A stretch of DNA of 64,000 bases from assembly GCA_964016885.1 (NCBI GenBank), contig CAXHJY010001625.1:1-64000 (forward strand), read 5' to 3'. Shown here piece by piece: positions 15,001-26,309 of the stretch (positions are counted from its first letter, which is position 1; each line of letters begins with the position of its first letter). The notes beneath the pieces are model-generated. The model had not been told where the DNA came from. It did no database searches and was given only the letters and a program-made list of their open reading frames with translations. The position numbers were made by a program, and so were the translations under genes. The stretch is from Eledone cirrhosa (lineage: Eukaryota).

Positions 15001-15190
15001 AGAGATAGTGTTGAGATAGGTGGGTAGATAGAGAGATAGTGTTGAGAAAGGTGGGTAGATAGAGAGATAGTGTTGAGATAGGTGGGTAGATAGAGAGATA
15101 GTGTTGAGATATGTGGGTAGATAGAGATAGTGTTGAGAAAGGTGGGTAGATGAAGAGATAGGGTATTGAGAAAGATCAGTAGATAGAAGA
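1..15190. repeat. 31-bp tandem satellite, consensus TGTTGAGA(A/T)AGGTGGGTAGATAGAGAGA(T/C)AG, roughly 490 units, open at the window start
   Basis: The unit recurs at 1, 32, 63 and onward. There are occasional 20-, 29- and 30-bp variant units, and the array decays over ~14980-15230. Confidence 0.99.
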
Positions 15191-15299
15191 TGATGGAGGG
15201 GAGATTAGTGATGGAGAAGATAGGAAATGAAATTATACAAGTTAGTAAGGAAGAAGAGGTGTATTGTCGTAGTTAAGCATTTTGTTACTTGGAGACCCA

Positions 15300-15830
15300 C
15301 ATAGCCGAGTGATTAATAGGTTTGCTTTGCAATCACGATGTTCTGGGTTCAATCCCACTGTTTGGCCTATTGGGCAACTGTTATTTACTACAGCCTTGAG
15401 TTGACCTATGTCTTGTGAGTGAAACTGAATAGACAAACTATTTGGAAGCTCATCAGTTGGACTGTACCTGTAATCCAAAAGGCCAGACATGTCAGACACA
15501 GTGTCATGCTGAATCTTCCTGAGAATTACATTTAAACTGGCTGTATCCAGCCAAAATTCCCTCAAACTGGCTGTAACTGGCCACTCATACTGATGTTAAG
15601 GTATTGTTTTCAAAATAAATAATATCAAAATCTCGTAGATTCAATATTATGTGAGGTAAAGCTTTTACAATCAAAATACAATAGTATATATAGAGTAATG
15701 TAAATGGTAATGGGTTAAGTGTACACATGTTTGTGGAATACTCAATCATTTTTATGTTAATTCATGAGGCAGACATTCAGTTGATCTAAACAACTGAATG
15801 TTTGTAAAAACCAATAGAGGATCCATCACC
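15300..15830 (+). mobile_element. Old tRNA-derived (CORE-like) SINE interrupted by a piggyBac-like MITE
   Basis: B-box-like GGTTCAATCCC at ~15346 is followed by TTGGGCAA. The body resembles 57150-57290 and resumes after the MITE at ~15719. Confidence 0.6.
15528..15714. mobile_element. piggyBac-like MITE, left end lost
   Basis: The body is near-identical to 41930-42149 and 50808-51018, and it ends ...TAATGGG|TTAA. Confidence 0.8.
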
Positions 15831-16050
15831 ATCATAGTAGACAAAAATTCTGAGAAAGGGAAGCTTCTAAACCTGATAAAATGCAGGAATATTGGGATGA
15901 AGAGAGAGGTACTAAAGAGAGAAAATTAGAATAACATTTTTTGATACCAAACAGCCTAAAACTGCCTCTTGTTCTACAATACAAACTGTTTGTTTTTAAA
16001 GTGTTTATATCTATATAAAAACTTTCCATCTTTATTTTATATCAGAACCA

Positions 16051-16270
16051 GGACGGTGGATTGGCAGTATCGGTAGAGCGCCGGACAACATGCTTTGCAG
16101 TATAGAGTTATGGCCCTTTACGATCTGAGTTAAAATCCCGCTGAGGTTAACTTTGCCTTTTATCCTTATGGGGTCGATAAAATAAAGCACCAGTAATGTA
16201 CTGGGGTAGATTTAATCGATTTTCCCCTCCCCTCAAATTACTGGCCATGTGCCTATACTAGAAATCATTT
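16051..16270 (+). mobile_element. tRNA-derived SINE family A, full-length long form
   Basis: A-box-like TGGCAGTATCGG, degenerate B-box GAGTTAAAATCC, central TTTGCCTTT.ATCC..GGGGTCGATAAAATAAAG.ACCAG and tail TGGCC.TGTGCC..AGAAA. More than 20 related copies occur in the window. Confidence 0.9.
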
Positions 16271-16539
16271 TATATCAGAACTTTTATGTTCTAAAAACCA
16301 TCTTAATAATGAGAAAGTTAGTTATATTTCTAAATCCCTTCAAATTTTCAATCCTTCTCAAAATTATTTGAAAACCATAGGCAATGACTTTCATTAGAAA
16401 TATAGTAATGAAAGGGTTAGCATGTCACAAAGAGGAAGTGAATGTTAGAGTGAGAGTAGAAGTATTTGAGAAATATACAATCAGACAATAAGACAATAAA
16501 ATGAATAAATGAATGGTTTGTGGTATTCATCCCAGCTCT

Positions 16540-16810
16540 CTGCTCTCTGAGTTCAAATCCAACTGAGGCCAACTTTGCTTTTCATCCTTTTGAGGTTGAT
16601 AAAAAAAGTGCCAGTCTATTACTGGAGTCGATTCTTCCTCTATATCTCTTTCTCACCTCCTTTCTCTCACTCTCTCTATCATTCTCTGGAAGAAATCTGC
16701 TGTATTCAAACCTGGAGAAGGAAGGGCTCTGTCAGGCTTAAAATGCCCAAGAAATACCATGTGTCACTATGGCAGCACTATGACTCCATCAGGAGTTACA
16801 GGACCATGCC
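16540..16810 (+). mobile_element. SINE variant: family-A core with a different 3' tail
   Basis: GAGTTCAAATCC and the core are followed by a tail (CTGT.TTCA.ACCTGGAGA.GGA.GGGCTC...) also seen at ~39995-40200. Confidence 0.65.
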
Positions 16811-16922
16811 ATACCATACCAGAGTCATATGAATTAAAATTTGGATAAAAAGAATAAAATGAAATGAATACAATAAAAACAAATAAATAAGTGTATGTAT
16901 AAATAAATTAATAAACAAATAA

Positions 16923-17102
16923 TCGTTTCTACTTTTGGCACAAGGCCAGCAAATACCCAGTCCATTACTGGTACCTTATTTTATCGACCCCGTAAGGATG
17001 AAAGGCAAAGTCAACCTCGGTGGGATTTGAACTCAGATTGTAAAGGGACGTAACTATGCTGGAAAGCATGGCGTCCGACCCTCTACTGATACTGCCAATC
17101 CA
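16923..17102 (-). mobile_element. SINE family A, short form
   Basis: Reverse complement of the family-A head, core and tail. Confidence 0.9.
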
Positions 17103-18784
17103 TAATGACAGTACGTAAGCAGGATACAGACTCCTTGGCCTGTATGGGAAGTCAGCAGCTTCGCTTCAGTACTAATTTGATCTATGTAGACTCATCCAAC
17201 CTTGCTAGCTGGGAAAGTGAATGTTAAATGATGATGATAATATCTGTCAAAAACGATCAGTTTTATGCAATATTTTTTTTATTCTTTAAGGTGAGTGGGG
17301 AAGTGTTTAAATATGGCATGAGCCAGTTTAACTGTTTTACTGAGAGGATATAGAATGAACTCACCCAAACTTTGGATGCACAAAAGAAGTGGTCTTGTCC
17401 CTCATCAAATCCTTCCTCTCTCTCTCTCTCTTAAATTTACATCCACATACTGAAGAGGTCATAAAAAGGGACTTGAAGTTTAGATTAGTGAGGAAAATAC
17501 AAAATTTTCTCCCAATTCTATGCTAGTTACAATCCATATCCATGTATATGATAGTGCACGTACTTAAATATGGAATGTTACGCAATGGGAAGCTTTTACC
17601 TGTCAATGATTCTTTATGCTAAATATATTCTTCTAGGCACTAAGATTGACATGTAATGGATACAAAGAATTATACATACTCTAATAAGATATTTATACTT
17701 CTATTCCATGTTTATATATAAACATGCATATGTCACAGTTTGTTTTCTCTGTAATTAATATTAGATAGAATATACATGTCATTTGTTTCTATCTCATTAT
17801 GTTAATCTGTTATTCTACAACATGTTCCAGCCGGCAGGCTGAGGCCATGCTGGGGCACCACTATTAAAAAAGGATAAAACAATGTGTCTCTCCTCCAATG
17901 AGATATCCATTGATAGAGGATGCATTGTTTTTTGCAACGTGAAGTACTCAACGTATCACCTTACTCAGGAACTCAACGTATTGCTTCGTTTGGGAATCAA
18001 ACTCATAATGCAATTGTGAATCGACTTTCTAACCACTAAGCCACATGACTGTTAATCTTATTTTTAAAATGTGAAAACATTTACTGTTTAAAATCTTACA
18101 CCTGAATAAACTTCTACTTCTTACCAAGTGAAGCGATGAAGAGATCTCAATTTTTTTTTTAAGATTGATAAAGAAGACAAACATTTTTTGTATACAACAT
18201 CATATATGCAATGAAGTCTGCTAGAAGGATGAAATGGAGGTGTGGGTTTGCATTGGGTTTGCTGGCCCTAGTTTGCTGAACATGGCCAAGTATCATTAAA
18301 TCCCCACCACATTTATAGTTGTCTAAAGACAACCTGTTGTTTTCCATTCTGTTATCACACACACTAACACATGCTTTGGTGTGTGTGTAAGAGAGAGAGG
18401 GAGGGGGTGAGGGAGTAAATATTTATTCTAAACAAATTAAAATATATTTTTTTATATCTAGATAATCATTTAATTATGATGTTGAAAAGAGAATAGTAAA
18501 GTGATAATGAAAATGTTTCCAATTTCAAAATGGAGAACTTTAGCGTAGTTAAATAAAACTAATTTGTGCAGATCACCATAGAAATTATACAAATCAAATT
18601 TAAATTCATCTGAGAAATTCTTTAATATTTTCTGTTGAAATTGAAATTGCTCATGAATGTATTATTTTATGATATTATTTTATATTATTTTATATAAAGC
18701 ATTGAAAGATAATTAGTAAATTTGTTTTTAACATGGAAACATAGGCATTAACTAATGATGGTATATGGAATATTAGGAACATTT

Positions 18785-19400
18785 CTTCTTCTGCTGCTTC
18801 TTCTTCTTCTTCTGCTGCTGCTGCTGCTTCTTCTTCTTCTGCTTCTTCTTCTTTTTCTTTTTTTTTCTTTTTCTTTTTCTTCTTTTTCTTTTTTTCTTTT
18901 TCTTTTTCTTCTTTTTCTTCTTTTTCTTTTTCTTCTTTTTCTTCTTTTTCTTCTTTTCCCTTTCTTCTTCTTTTTCTTCTTCTTCTATGCTTGCACAAGT
19001 CTTCCTCAGCATAGCATCTCTCCATTCGCTGCATTCCTTCATCATCCCCTCAGTGAGTCTCAGCAATTTGAGATCAGCCCTCACCACTGCTGCCCAGGTC
19101 TTTCTTGGTCTACCTCTATTGTGATTCCTGGTAATTCTTCACTCATCGATCATCATCCATGCACATCATATGTCCATACCAATGCAGTCTTCTCTTCTGC
19201 ACATCACTTCGGATTTCTCTTAAACTCAGTTTCTCCCTCACTTCATCCAGGCTCAGCCTTTCTCTCACATTTACATTGCACATCCAACGGAGCATGGCTG
19301 CTTCATTTCTCTCCTGTCTATATGTCTTTTGTAGTCACAGTCCATGTTTCACTACCATGCAACATCGCTCTTTGCATACAGGTGTCATACTGTCTTTTGT
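18785..19400 (-). mobile_element. Degraded RTE LINE 3' fragment with an expanded (GAA)n-type tail
   Basis: 18986-19400 resembles the RT C-terminal region of the RTE copies (CATGTTTCACTACCATG = HGSETW on the minus strand). 18785-18985 is a CTT/CTTT tract. Confidence 0.8.
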
Positions 19401-20364
19401 TGTCAACAGTGTTGTCAAATAACTCAAACAAAATAAATCAGAGGAAAAGCCACAACGAAATACAATGGTTAATTATTTAAACATTCTGCATTTGAAAAGA
19501 TAATTTTACTTTTGGTGTTTCATAAATGTGAGAAAAACTGTTGTATTCAAAAGTTTAGGTGGAATAATCTTATTCACAAAGCATAAGCATAAGAAAAATA
19601 TTTTGGATGTATTATAAACTCAGATGATTTAAAGATTTTAATGGATAGAAAATTGGATTTGAGTGTGAATTATAGGGAAGGAGAAAGATAAACTAGTTTA
19701 AATATCTTCAGAGACAATAGTTCTACTTCAGTGGCTTCTGAAATACCGAAAATATATTTATTATAAGTTTATCTGTCTACATACAACATAACACATTTTC
19801 AGCCTCCTTCTAAATTGAACATCTTTCCCATTAAATATTTCTAACTGGAGCTTTTATCTCGTGGCTGTTTTTGATAATTTATAATCTCTATAAGTTTTCT
19901 ATTTTATTTCTATGATATAAATGTAAGGACCTTTGTTTGTCCAAGTAATAGTGCATCCTTTATATACAATAGCATGTATTGTATGAACCTCTATCAGTTA
20001 TGACTGAGTGTTTCAGTTTTCTGTTCAACAGAACAACCCTCTCATGAAATTAATGTGAATATGGCTGAACATTTTATAGGCACATGTTCCTGACAAGACT
20101 GGCTATTAGAATTACAGGTATTGTCCATCAGACAGACTTCTGAATGGTTTCTGTCTACCTAATTTCACTAAAGGCATGGGTTGACCAAAGATATGATAGA
20201 TAACTCAATGGGGTAAATAATGGTTTCCAATTTAGGCATAAGGCCAGCAATTTGGGAGGTAGGGAAAGTTGATTAAATCAACCATAGTGTGTTACTGGTA
20301 TTTCATTTTATTGATTCTATAAAGATGAAAGGCAAAGCTAACCTTGAAAGGGCCATATTTTCAT

Positions 20365-21450
20365 CTCAATGCAATCTTCTATACTAATAAAACCTCTCCT
20401 CTCCCTCCTTCCATGATAGGTAAAACCTGTCAATATCTTTTTTGTTTAACCCTGTGAACATCGTTAGCATTTTCATTGTCTTTCAATCCATTTCTTCTAA
20501 TTCATTCTTTTTCCACCACACTATTCTTACACCATGCCTCACAACAGCTACCGCTCTGGAGTTTAATGCTGAAATGAAGTTTCCTGCAATCAATTTTGAA
20601 TTCAGAATTGTTTTCATCTTTTTGAAACTGTCTTTATTTCTGTTTAGTACTGTCTTTCATTCTCCTGATTTTTAATCTTGTCTGCTTTAATAATTCCCAG
20701 ATATTTGTATCTCTTTTTCTGGTCTATTTGTTGTACTTCCATGTTATTTGGCAATAATGTCCTTCTACTTCTACAAATTTTCCTTTTAATTTCTTAACCA
20801 GTGTGTCATATTTCTGTATTACAAATTTCATACCAATATCTTTGTTGAAAACCCTGACTGTGTTCACTAAATCATCAAGTTGTTTTTCATTCTTTCCATA
20901 TAATTTAAGATAATCCATATCTTAAATTATCATAAGGTGATTTATGGTACCGTTTCCTTTTCTTAACTCATATCCAGCTGTGGTTCATCTCAAGATCATT
21001 GTGAGAGATATCAGGGTAATTACAAATAATTATTTCTGATTTAAGCACGAGGCCAATAATTCTAGTGGGAGGGGAAAGTTAATGAAATTGACCCCAGAGC
21101 ATTACTGGTACTTTATTTTATCAACCTGTTAAAGATGAAAGGCAGAGGTAACCTTGGCAGGATTTGAACTCAGAACATAAAGGGATGTGACTCTATACTG
21201 CAAAGCATGTTTCCAGACACTCTACCAATACTGCCAATCCAATAGCAATGAAAGGTTATCTCCTAGGAAAATACCTCACTTTATGCTCACTACTTCTAAT
21301 GATTGATCACCAGTAACAGGTTCCATTTTCCATTTTTTCATACTCTTTCTATCATTTCTGTTACATTATCTGCCACTCTCACTATATATTCATACTTTCA
21401 ACTATCCAGGAGTAGGCAGCAATACCATATGCCTTTTGATAATCAATCCA
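20365..21450 (-). pseudogene. Decayed reverse transcriptase of an R4/Dong-like non-LTR retrotransposon
   Basis: Minus-strand peptides include WIDYQKAY..SWI, GIFLGDNLS, MDYLKLYGKNEKQLDDLVNTVRVFNKDIGMKF, ILNSKL..GN..SALNSRAVAVVR and DIDRFYLS. There are many stops and frameshifts. Confidence 0.75.
21030..21242 (-). mobile_element. SINE family A (long form) nested in the R4-like relic
   Basis: Head, core and tail are all present. Another partial copy lies at ~20220-20347. Confidence 0.85.
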
Positions 21451-21674
21451 TCCTATGTAAAATGTGTTACTACTACTAATACTACCACCAACAATACAAG
21501 GTGGAGTGGCTGTTCTAGTGTGTCCCCTCGCCATCCTCTGGAGCAATGTATTATCCATCCTGTCAGCCAGGTCCAAGAGGCAGAGGGAGAGTCAGTTGGA
21601 AGTAAAAGATACTCATTCAGATATCACACACATACTCGACATATTCAGTACAATATTTTACATTTTTTTATTTA

Positions 21675-21826
21675 CCCTATTTCCCGGCACCGAAAACACT
21701 TCATCCGCTTTTGACAACCAAAAATTTGAAAAAAAAAATAAACAGCTTTCAGCTTCCAGGATGCATGGTAGATTTTTGAGAGTTATTTTAGGAAAAAAGT
21801 ACCGTCTTTGATGCCGGGAAATACGG
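21675..21826. mobile_element. Tc1/mariner-pogo type MITE, 152 bp
   Basis: TA|CCCTATTTCCCGGCA ... TGCCGGGAAATACGG|TA: terminal inverted repeats with a TA target-site duplication. Confidence 0.85.
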
Positions 21827-21967
21827 TATTTACTTTTGATTTACTGACTTTAAATTTTAAAAAATAAATAAATAAAATAGATATCTGTCAGTAGTATCTG
21901 CTAAAAATACTTAAGAAAAGACAAATATTTAAATTACTTAAATCTAATATAATCTAGCATATAATAA

Positions 21968-22146
21968 TGGTTTCTGATTTAGGCACAAGGCCAGCAATTT
22001 GGGGGAAGGGGAAAGTTGATTAAATCAACACCAGTACGTTACTGGTACTTCATTTTATCAACTCTATAAGGATGAAAGGTAAAGCTAACCTCAGCAGGAT
22101 TTGAACTCAGAATGTAAAGAACCGTAACTCTATGCTGCAAAGCATT
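21968..22146 (-). mobile_element. SINE family A long form, 5'-truncated
   Basis: Tail, core and B-box match 16051-16270. Confidence 0.85.
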
Positions 22147-22312
22147 CTTCTTCTTCTTCTTGTTCTTCATCTTCTTCTTCAAGCCTTTCCAGCATTTCCA
22201 AGGGTGCACTCCTCTGGAAAGGTTTACTGAATACAAACTGAAATTGCAAGGCATCGTGGTCTGGTTTTTACCTTCCTCATATATATATAAAATTAATCTC
22301 CCATGATTAACG

Positions 22313-22420
22313 AATCAAGAGTCTGATCAGCTATTGATTCCAGAGTCTGGCTCAATTGATACAGATTAAACTTTGAGCTGATCAATAGCGAAACAGGTGT
22401 CACACCTGAATAAACTTGAT
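22313..22420 (+). ncRNA. Degenerate type I hammerhead-ribozyme-like motif
   Basis: CTGATCA, stem II GCTATTGAT/ATCAATAGC, GAAA, stem III CAGGTG/CACCTG, outer ATCAAG/CTTGAT. It has two core deviations. Confidence 0.55.
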
Positions 22421-22436
22421 GATGATAATCTGACAC

Positions 22437-22612
22437 GGCAGTATCAGTAGAGGGTCAGACGCCATGCTTTCCAGCATAGTTACGTCCCTTTACGATCTGA
22501 GTTCAAATCCCGCCGAGGTTGACTTTGCTTTTCATCCTTACGGGGTCGATAAAATAAAGTACCAGTAATGCACTGGGTAATTGCTGGCCTTGTGCCTAAA
22601 GTAGAAACAATT
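22437..22612 (+). mobile_element. SINE family A short form
   Basis: GGCAGTATCAGTAGAG head, GAGTTCAAATCC B-box, core and tail. Confidence 0.9.
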
Positions 22613-22825
22613 ATTAATATTACACTCTGCTTATGAAGGAAACCGACCATTGTATAACACCACATACTATACTTAAATGGACCCACCTACACATTGTGTG
22701 CTCAAGTTGGTGAACCAATAGTAATATAAGGTTAGAGCACATGAAGCTATATATGTATGTGTGTATGTGTGTGTGCATATGTATGTGTATGTATGTATGT
22801 AAGTATCTGTGTGTGTGTATGAAAG

Positions 22826-22865
<40 letters not shown>

Positions 22866-23329
22866 CACGTACACATTAGATGTGAAATGATGTTTGTCTT
22901 TCATCATTTATATGTTGTCAAGCATGTGTGGGAGATGTCATATTGTTTTGTTTTAATAAAGTTGAAGGAAAGGAAGAGAAAAGAAAAAGATGGATGTAGA
23001 AAGAATGACATAGATTTTGCCAGTACAAATTCATAATCCTACCAACTTTTTCTTATTCTTTTTCCTACTCCCACTCCCTTACAACTTTCAGTTTTTCTCT
23101 GCCTTCTTTATAAGAGCTCCTTGTTTTAATGGATAGGCACCTAGAATCAGCCATTTTCTTGTACTTGGATTATTCTGAGAAAATTTGCATTATGTTTTGA
23201 ATACTTTTGTTTGTTTGTTTGATTATAAATATATTTATACATGTAGCCAAATTCACATGCATATAATTAAGCACATACACACACATAGAGTGTATATCAT
23301 TATTATCATAGTTTAACGACTGCTCTCCC

Positions 23330-23338
23330 TATATATGC

Positions 23339-23372
<34 letters not shown>

Positions 23373-23504
23373 CTGTGTGTGTATGTATATATATATACAC
23401 ATATCTGTGTGTGTATGTATATATATATATACATATATGTGTGTATGTATATATATATATACATACACACATATATGTATATATATATATACATACACAC
23501 ACAG

Positions 23505-23558
<54 letters not shown>

Positions 23559-23953
23559 ATGTATGTATATATATATATATATGTATATATATATGTATAT
23601 ATATATGTATGTATATATATGTATATATATATATATGTATATATATATGTATGTATATATATGTATATATATATATATGTATATATATGTATATGTATAT
23701 ATATGTATATATGTATATATATGTATATATATATATATATGTATATATATGTATATATAGATATATATGTATATATATGTATATATATGTGTATGTATAT
23801 ATATATACATATATATTTGTGTATGTATATATATATACATATATATATGTGTATGTATATATATATACATATATATATGTGTATGTATATATATATACAT
23901 ATATATATGTGTATGTATATATATATATACACATATATATGTTTATGTATATA

Positions 23954-23991
<38 letters not shown>

Positions 23992-24011
23992 TATATGTTT
24001 ATGTATATATC

Positions 24012-24043
<32 letters not shown>

Positions 24044-24532
24044 TATATGTGTATGTATATATATGTATATATATATATATATGTGTATGTATATATATGT
24101 ATATATATATATATATGTGTATGTATATATATATATATGTGTATATATATGTGTATATATATATATATATGTGTGTGTGAATACATATATATATATACAC
24201 ATATATACATATATATATGTGTATGTATATATATATATGTATATATATATGTGTATATATATATATATATATGTGTGTGTGAATACATATATATATATAC
24301 ACATATATACATATATATATGTGTATGTATATATATATATGTATATATATATGTGTATATATATATATATGTGTGAATACATATATATATGTGTGTGTAC
24401 ATATGATGTTTGTCTATATATATATACACACACATATATATATATACACATATATACACTATATATGTAGGTATATATGTATATAAATATATTTATATAT
24501 ATATATATATATACACATATATACAATATATA
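23330..24532. repeat. Compound (TA)n/(TATG)n/(CA)n microsatellite
   Basis: Seen directly; it explains the Y/I-rich ORFs here. Confidence 0.97.
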
Positions 24533-24779
24533 TATTCGTAATTCATATTAATAGACAGGAGCTTTCAGTCATGTTCTGCCAAAGGGAATAATTAAATGAA
24601 ACATGATGAAATATATATTTATATTTATTTTATTTTTATATTTTCTATCTTCCTTTCTTTCTCCTCCCTTTTATTTAACTTTTTAATTTTTTTTGTTTTT
24701 GCTACAGATTTTCATCTTGTTGAATTTTCTCTTTTGGTTATCTTCTTCAGTCCTTTTTGGTTTTTGCTTTCCTCTCCCT

Positions 24780-25082
24780 CCTTTTTTTCCCCCTCCTCCT
24801 CAGCAGCAGCACTCCTCCTCAGCAGCAGCACTCCTCCTCAGCAGCAGCACTCCTCCCCTTCCTCCTCCTCCTCTTCCTCCTCCTCCTCATCATCACCATC
24901 AGCAGCACTCCTCTTTTTCATTGCTACTCACTTTTCTTTCTCATCATCACTATCTCTCTGCTTCCCCTCCTCTTTATCATCATTTCTCCTTCTCTTTCTT
25001 TTCTTTCTTTTTCTTCTTCTTTCTTTTTCTTCTTCTTTCTTCTTCTTCTTCCCTCTTCTTCTTCTTCCCTCTTCTTCTTCTT
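24780..25082. repeat. CCT/CAG/CTT low-complexity tract
   Basis: Includes three copies of CAGCAGCAGCACTCCTCC(T). Confidence 0.9.
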
Positions 25083-25204
25083 GGGAGTGTCATGGGAGAG
25101 CCAGAGTCCTCAAACACGCCTCCTTATGGGTCGATAAAATAAAGTACCAGTAATGTACTGTGTAATTTTCTGGCTTTGTGCCAAAAGTAGAAACAATTAT
25201 TTTT

Positions 25205-25580
25205 GTTGTTGTTGTTATTTTGTTTCACCTGAAGAAAAAATCAGGATGGAGAAGGATATGAGTTTCAACAAGTTTGTTGAAAGGTGGGTGAGAGGGGCGA
25301 GCATAGTTCCAGTGATTGGGCCTGCTCTGAGTATACACCTGTAAAATGGAGAACATCTGAGAGAGAGCACTTACCCTAGCAGTCAAGGTTACCGTTGCTT
25401 TTTGTTGATCTTTTCCACGAGTGACCCTCGGAGGTTTCCCCACCTTTGGAAAATTTATGTTTTATTTTCAAATGTTTATTTTTTTAGTCATCCTTTGCAC
25501 AAAAATCACACACTGTATCATCCTGTACCACACTGTACCATCCTCTTAATGTAAGCTCTGTGTGGCTAATAAAGAACCTA
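25205..25580 (+). mobile_element. 3' end of a LINE (possibly L1/Tx1-like)
   Basis: An ORF end (..EKIRMEKDMSFNKFVERWV..) is followed by a 3' UTR ending CTAATAAAGAA. A homologous minus-strand copy lies at ~60930-61237. Confidence 0.55.
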
Positions 25581-25582
25581 TT

Positions 25583-25985
25583 CGGTGGATTGGCAGTAGA
25601 AGGTCGGACGCTATACTTTGTAACATAGAGTTATGGCACTTTACGTTCTCAGTTCAAATCCCGCCGAGGTTAACTTTGCCTTTCATCCTTATGGTGTTGA
25701 TAAAATAAAGGAACAGTCACGCACTGGGGTCAATTTAATCAACTTTCCCCTCCCCTAAAATTGCTGGCTTTGTGCCTATATAAGAAACCAGAGGGCGGTG
25801 GATTGGCAGTATCGGTAGAGGGTCGGAGGCCATGCTTTGCAGCAAAGAGTTACAGCCCTTTATGGTCTGAGTTCAAATCTCGTCGAGGTTAACTTTGCCT
25901 TTCATCCTTACGGGGTCGATAAAATAAAGTACCAGTAATGTACTGAGTAATTGCTGGCCTTGTGCCAAAAGCAGAAACAATTATT
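25583..25985 (+). mobile_element. Head-to-tail SINE family A dimer (long form 25583-25790, short form 25793-25985)
   Basis: Two consecutive head-core-tail units. Confidence 0.9.
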
Positions 25986-26309
25986 ATTGTTATCATCATT
26001 ATTTTCTTGAATAACCATATGCGATAAGAAGAGAATTTATTTCAAAGTCTAGCGTAACAAGTTATTTTGCTTTAAATCCAGCTGTGTTATTCTACTTAAA
26101 AAGCAATCTGCATCGACTATATCATTAAAATGGAAAATGAACACACACTTTAAGTAGTGTGGTGCTCATTAAGTAGAAGGATAAATCTCAGAAGATACAC
26201 GATATTGCATACTTTTGGATAAAACCCAGTTTAGATTCATATGAACATATAAAGCCATAGATATATCATCAGTGAAACAACCACAGAGACAGTTGGTTAG
26301 CAATATATA

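Noticed and set aside
1-15190. Satellite as telomere or CRISPR array
   Set aside because: There is no TTAGGG-type unit and no unique spacers. The context is eukaryotic and has no cas genes.
1-15190. Strong G-quadruplex array
   Set aside because: There is only one GGG per 31 bp (28-nt loops), so the canonical G4 pattern is not met.
15242-15565. 107-aa minus-strand ORF
   Set aside because: It is antisense to SINE and MITE sequence and has no recognisable domain.
16051-16145. tRNA genes at SINE heads
   Set aside because: A/B boxes are present, but no convincing cloverleaf is visible and they are always fused to the SINE body.
17443-17495. Possible hammerhead CTGAAGA-GGTC..GACT-TGAAG
   Set aside because: GAAA, stem III and stem I are all poor, which is compatible with chance.
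23306-24526. Long Y/I-rich ORFs (also 36756-38755 and 45094-48129)
   Set aside because: These are stop-free translations of microsatellites and minisatellites.
25276-25295. TGTTGAAAGGTGGGTGAGAG resembling the satellite monomer
   Set aside because: A gapped ~15-nt low-complexity match within a LINE 3' end is too weak to claim as the satellite's origin.
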